From: PVC group bacterium
Lineage (GTDB): Bacteria > Verrucomicrobiota > Kiritimatiellia > UBA8416 > PXDI01
Length of the DNA: 32,480 nucleotides
Reading direction: 5' to 3'
Assembly: GCA_003565095.1 (NCBI GenBank)
Contig: PXDI01000090.1
Span: 1 to 32,480, forward strand
Shown: one piece after another, positions 31,514 to 32,480 of the stretch
Position numbering within the stretch: the stretch's first letter is position 1
How the letters are laid out: each line of letters begins with the position of its first letter
Notes under the pieces: generated by a model
The model's database searches: none
What the model saw: only the letters and a program-made list of their open reading frames with translations
What the model was told of the DNA's origin: nothing
Program-made: the position numbers and the translations under genes

Positions 31514-32480
31514 ATGAAGACTCTGGCACTGCGCCTTTACGGTAAGAATGATCTGCGGCTTGAATACTTTGACCTGCCGGAGATTTCTGATGACGAAATT
31601 CTGGCTGATATTGTTTCCGATAGCATCTGCATGTCGTCGCACAAGGCGATGCAACAGGGCGCGGATCACAAGCGCGTCCCGGATAATGTTGCCGAGAACC
31701 CGATAATTATCGGTCATGAATTCTGCGGAACCCTGCTCAAGGTCGGCAGCCGCTGGAAAGATCAGTTCAAAGAGGGGCAGCGCTACAGCGTGCAACCGGC
31801 ACTCAGCATTCCCGGCCGCGAACTCGAGGCCCCCGGATACTCGTTTTCCAACATTGGCGGAAGCGCCAGCCACATTATCATCCCGCGCGAAGTAATGGAG
31901 CAGAACTGCCTGCTGCCCTATGACGGCGAAGCCTTTTTCGGCGCTTCGCTTTCCGAACCGGTGTCATGCATTATCGGCGGCTACAATACCAGTTTCCACT
32001 TCCGGCAGGGGGAATATGTGCATCACAGCGGCATTGTCGGCGGCGGGGCGACCGCCATTCTGGCCGGAGCCGGACCGATGGGGCTGGGTGCCATTGATTA
32101 TGCCCTGCATGGACCACGTAAACCCGGTCTGCTGGTGGTAACCGATATTGATGATGCCCGCCTGGCGCGTGCTGCTTCAATCTTTTCCCCCGAACATGCC
32201 GTAACCCAGGGTGTGCGGCTGGAATATATCAACACCTCCGGCGCAAATGCGGTTGAAACCCTGATGCAGGCTACCGGCGGCAAAGGCTACGACGACGTCT
32301 TCGTATACGCCCCAGTCCCGGGGTTGATCGAACAGGGCTCCGCAATCCTTGGATTCAACGGTTGCCTCAATTTCTTTGCCGGTCCCTCCAAGGCCGATTT
32401 CAAGGCCTCAATCAATTTCTATGATGTACACTATAGCGGACATCACGTGGTTGGTTCCTCCGGCGGCAATACCGACGATA
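31514..32480 (+). CDS. Zinc-dependent medium-chain dehydrogenase/reductase (sorbose-1-phosphate-reductase/alcohol-dehydrogenase-like), 3' end outside window
   Basis: This ORF is not in the supplied track because it has no stop in the window. My translation from ATG 31514 reads MKTLALRLYGKNDLRLEYFDLPEISDDEILADIVSDSICMSSHK...IIIGHEFCGTLLKVG...LSEPVSCIIGG...ILAGAGPMGLGAIDYAL and stays open to the window end. The GHEFCG zinc-ligand motif and the GAGPMG Rossmann motif are present. AAGGAAAGG lies upstream. Confidence 0.8.
   Translation, partial: MKTLALRLYGKNDLRLEYFDLPEISDDEILADIVSDSICMSSHKAMQQGADHKRVPDNVAENPIIIGHEFCGTLLKVGSRWKDQFKEGQRYSVQPALSIPGRELEAPGYSFSNIGGSASHIIIPREVMEQNCLLPYDGEAFFGASLSEPVSCIIGGYNTSFHFRQGEYVHHSGIVGGGATAILAGAGPMGLGAIDYALHGPRKPGLLVVTDIDDARLARAASIFSPEHAVTQGVRLEYINTSGANAVETLMQATGGKGYDDVFVYAPVPGLIEQGSAILGFNGCLNFFAGPSKADFKASINFYDVHYSGHHVVGSSGGNTDD

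Overview
This is a 32.5-kb chromosomal window from a moderately GC-rich diderm (LPS-making) bacterium. The lineage cannot be assigned from the sequence alone. Gene order: ruvA (3' part) and ruvB; a clan GH-G (GH63/GH37-like) hydrolase; a lipid A block (lpxI, a Gfo/Idh/MocA oxidoreductase, lpxB); an MBL-fold hydrolase (-); and rpoN. Nine bp after rpoN comes a six-gene, overlap-coupled glycan operon: GT4, a signal-less GH2, a GT-A enzyme, a pyruvyltransferase-like protein, a protein with sialyltransferase motifs, and an orphan. Next are an HldA/RfaE-like heptose kinase (-) and two tandem GT9 heptosyltransferase paralogs. An 869-aa Omp85-barrel protein with a ~570-aa unusual N-domain (-) lies divergent from an 847-aa secreted glycosidase-like protein. 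The window ends with tmRNA (ssrA), an 82-aa GIY-YIG nuclease cassette, a secreted two-HKD PLD protein, an 873-aa GYF/coiled-coil/TM/OmpA-like protein, dut, and the 5' part of an MDR zinc dehydrogenase. I saw no CRISPR array, rRNA, tRNA, transposase or integrase, and I cannot point to a canonical defence or toxin system. Two groups of features stand out. (1) Non-coding: a GIY-YIG cassette bracketed by perfect 46-bp direct repeats and docked on the tmRNA 3' end; two ~190-bp MITE-like elements with palindromic termini bracketing lpxB; and several intergenic spacers filled with short tandem 'word' arrays (GTCTGCN heptads, CTTGNNNN octamers, TAGG and GTGTAAGAG words, a duplicated 81-mer), some recurring at unlinked loci. 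(2) Protein architectures: an Omp85 barrel fused to an M1-peptidase-like but HEXXH-less domain, an envelope-spanning GYF/coiled-coil/OmpA-like protein, and a glycan operon containing a cytoplasmic GH2 and a protein with sialyltransferase motifs. All functional calls rest on motif recognition by eye. No database search was run.
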